From assembly GCA_016432625.1 (NCBI GenBank), contig CP066697.1, forward strand, positions 81,415 to 145,414: a DNA stretch of 64,000 bases. The letters run 5' to 3'. This DNA is from Candidatus Berkelbacteria bacterium. GTDB taxonomy: Bacteria; Patescibacteriota; UBA1384; 2-12-FULL-50-11. This document shows positions 63,305 to 64,000 of the stretch, piece after piece (position 1 is the stretch's first letter; each line of letters opens with the position of its first letter). The translations under genes and the position numbers were made by a program. The notes beneath the pieces are model-generated. The model saw only the letters and a program-made list of their open reading frames with translations, was not told the DNA's origin and made no database searches.

Positions 63305-64000
63305 CTAGGATTCTACGACATAGACCGTTGTTAAATTACTTGGGTTAATTGGGGTAGAGATCCTTAGGGTTAGGAATATCTCTTCTTTGGCGGAGATTAT
63401 TTCTTCGACCTGGCCTAAAGCGATGCCGGCCGGGTAAAGACCTTCAAGCGCCGAAGTTACAACGGGCGTGCCTTTAGCGACTTTGGTGTCGAGCGGAATA
63501 TTCTCCACAACCAGACCCCGTATACTGCCCTTCAGTAACCCAACGGTCTGACTGTCGCTGAGTAGGACTGGGGTTAGTAAGTTGCGGTTACTGAGCAGCC
63601 AAACTTCGGCTGTCGAGTTGGAAACATTGTTGATTTTGCCAACTAAGTAGCCACTTGAGATCACAGCTTGGCCGGTTTTTATTCCGTCGTTACTCCCCTT
63701 ATTGATGGTGATCGATTGATACAGGTTCGTCGGTGAGTAGTTAACGACATTAGCAGCTTTTAGCTGTAGATCCTGGCGTTGCCGCTCAAATTGCAGATCT
63801 CTTTTAAGCTGTTCGTTTTCGCCTAACGCGAAAGACAGTTTAGCAATCTCGGCGGCCTGGCTGATGTTTTGTTCTTTAAGGCTGGTGTTCTCTTTGGCTA
63901 AATCTTGAACGGCAAAGAGCACGCCAAAAGCATTCTTGAAACGTGTGCCAACTGTGTGGAAAAAGTTAGTCGGCGCACCAAAGGCGGTGCGCAAAGTGTC
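63305..64000 (-). CDS. mreC: rod-shape determining protein MreC (5' end beyond the window)
   Basis: coiled-coil followed by a beta-barrel region with GIALGQVEEI-type motifs; ORF is open to the window end. Confidence 0.7.
   Translation of the reverse strand, partial: DTLRTAFGAPTNFFHTVGTRFKNAFGVLFAVQDLAKENTSLKEQNISQAAEIAKLSFALGENEQLKRDLQFERQRQDLQLKAANVVNYSPTNLYQSITINKGSNDGIKTGQAVISSGYLVGKINNVSNSTAEVWLLSNRNLLTPVLLSDSQTVGLLKGSIRGLVVENIPLDTKVAKGTPVVTSALEGLYPAGIALGQVEEIISAKEEIFLTLRISTPINPSNLTTVYVVES

Overview
This is a 64-kb chromosomal window at about 50% GC that is gene-dense on both strands. The gene content points to a monoderm, small-genome bacterium (possibly CPR/Patescibacteria-like): RNase Y plus a beta-CASP RNase, FtsEX with a PcsB-like CHAP hydrolase, an LPxTG-like sorting signal, LTD-domain surface proteins, and many small membrane proteins. 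Housekeeping genes I can support are cfa, ddl, purH, ftsH, lepB, murJ, lepA, glpX, tmk, rny, an HU-family gene, truB, nrnA, rpsA, ftsE/ftsX, secA, serS, greA, a histidine kinase with a response regulator, a PucR-family regulator, and pbp2-mreD-mreC (mreC is cut by the window end). There are eleven tRNA genes: Asn-GUU, Ile-UAU, two Met-CAU, Gly-UCC, Pro-UGG, an atypical Arg-CCU, Pro-CGG, Val-UAC, Leu-UAA and Phe-GAA. I found no rRNA, CRISPR array, transposase or integrase. The observations most worth follow-up are: (1) a translationally coupled pair of membrane-anchored proteins, one with a clear dockerin module and the next with a cohesin-like domain, which together look like a minimal cohesin-dockerin surface system; (2) a 550-aa tandem-duplicated ThyX-family protein whose two halves have lost different catalytic motifs, sitting next to tmk; (3) a conserved promoter element of about 35 bp repeated in front of five consecutive genes with near-leaderless starts; (4) a tRNA-Ile(UAU) gene bracketed by a 13-bp inverted repeat and by partial copies of itself; (5) direct-repeat arrays of tRNA 3' ends after tRNA-Phe and tRNA-Gly, plus GC-rich single-gene islands (purH, a MaoC dehydratase) beside tRNAs; (6) tandem duplicated leader ORFs that mimic the LepA N-terminus, the second coupled to lepA through a TAATG overlap. 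Every call rests on reading the sequence and the supplied ORF translations against remembered family motifs; no searches were run.
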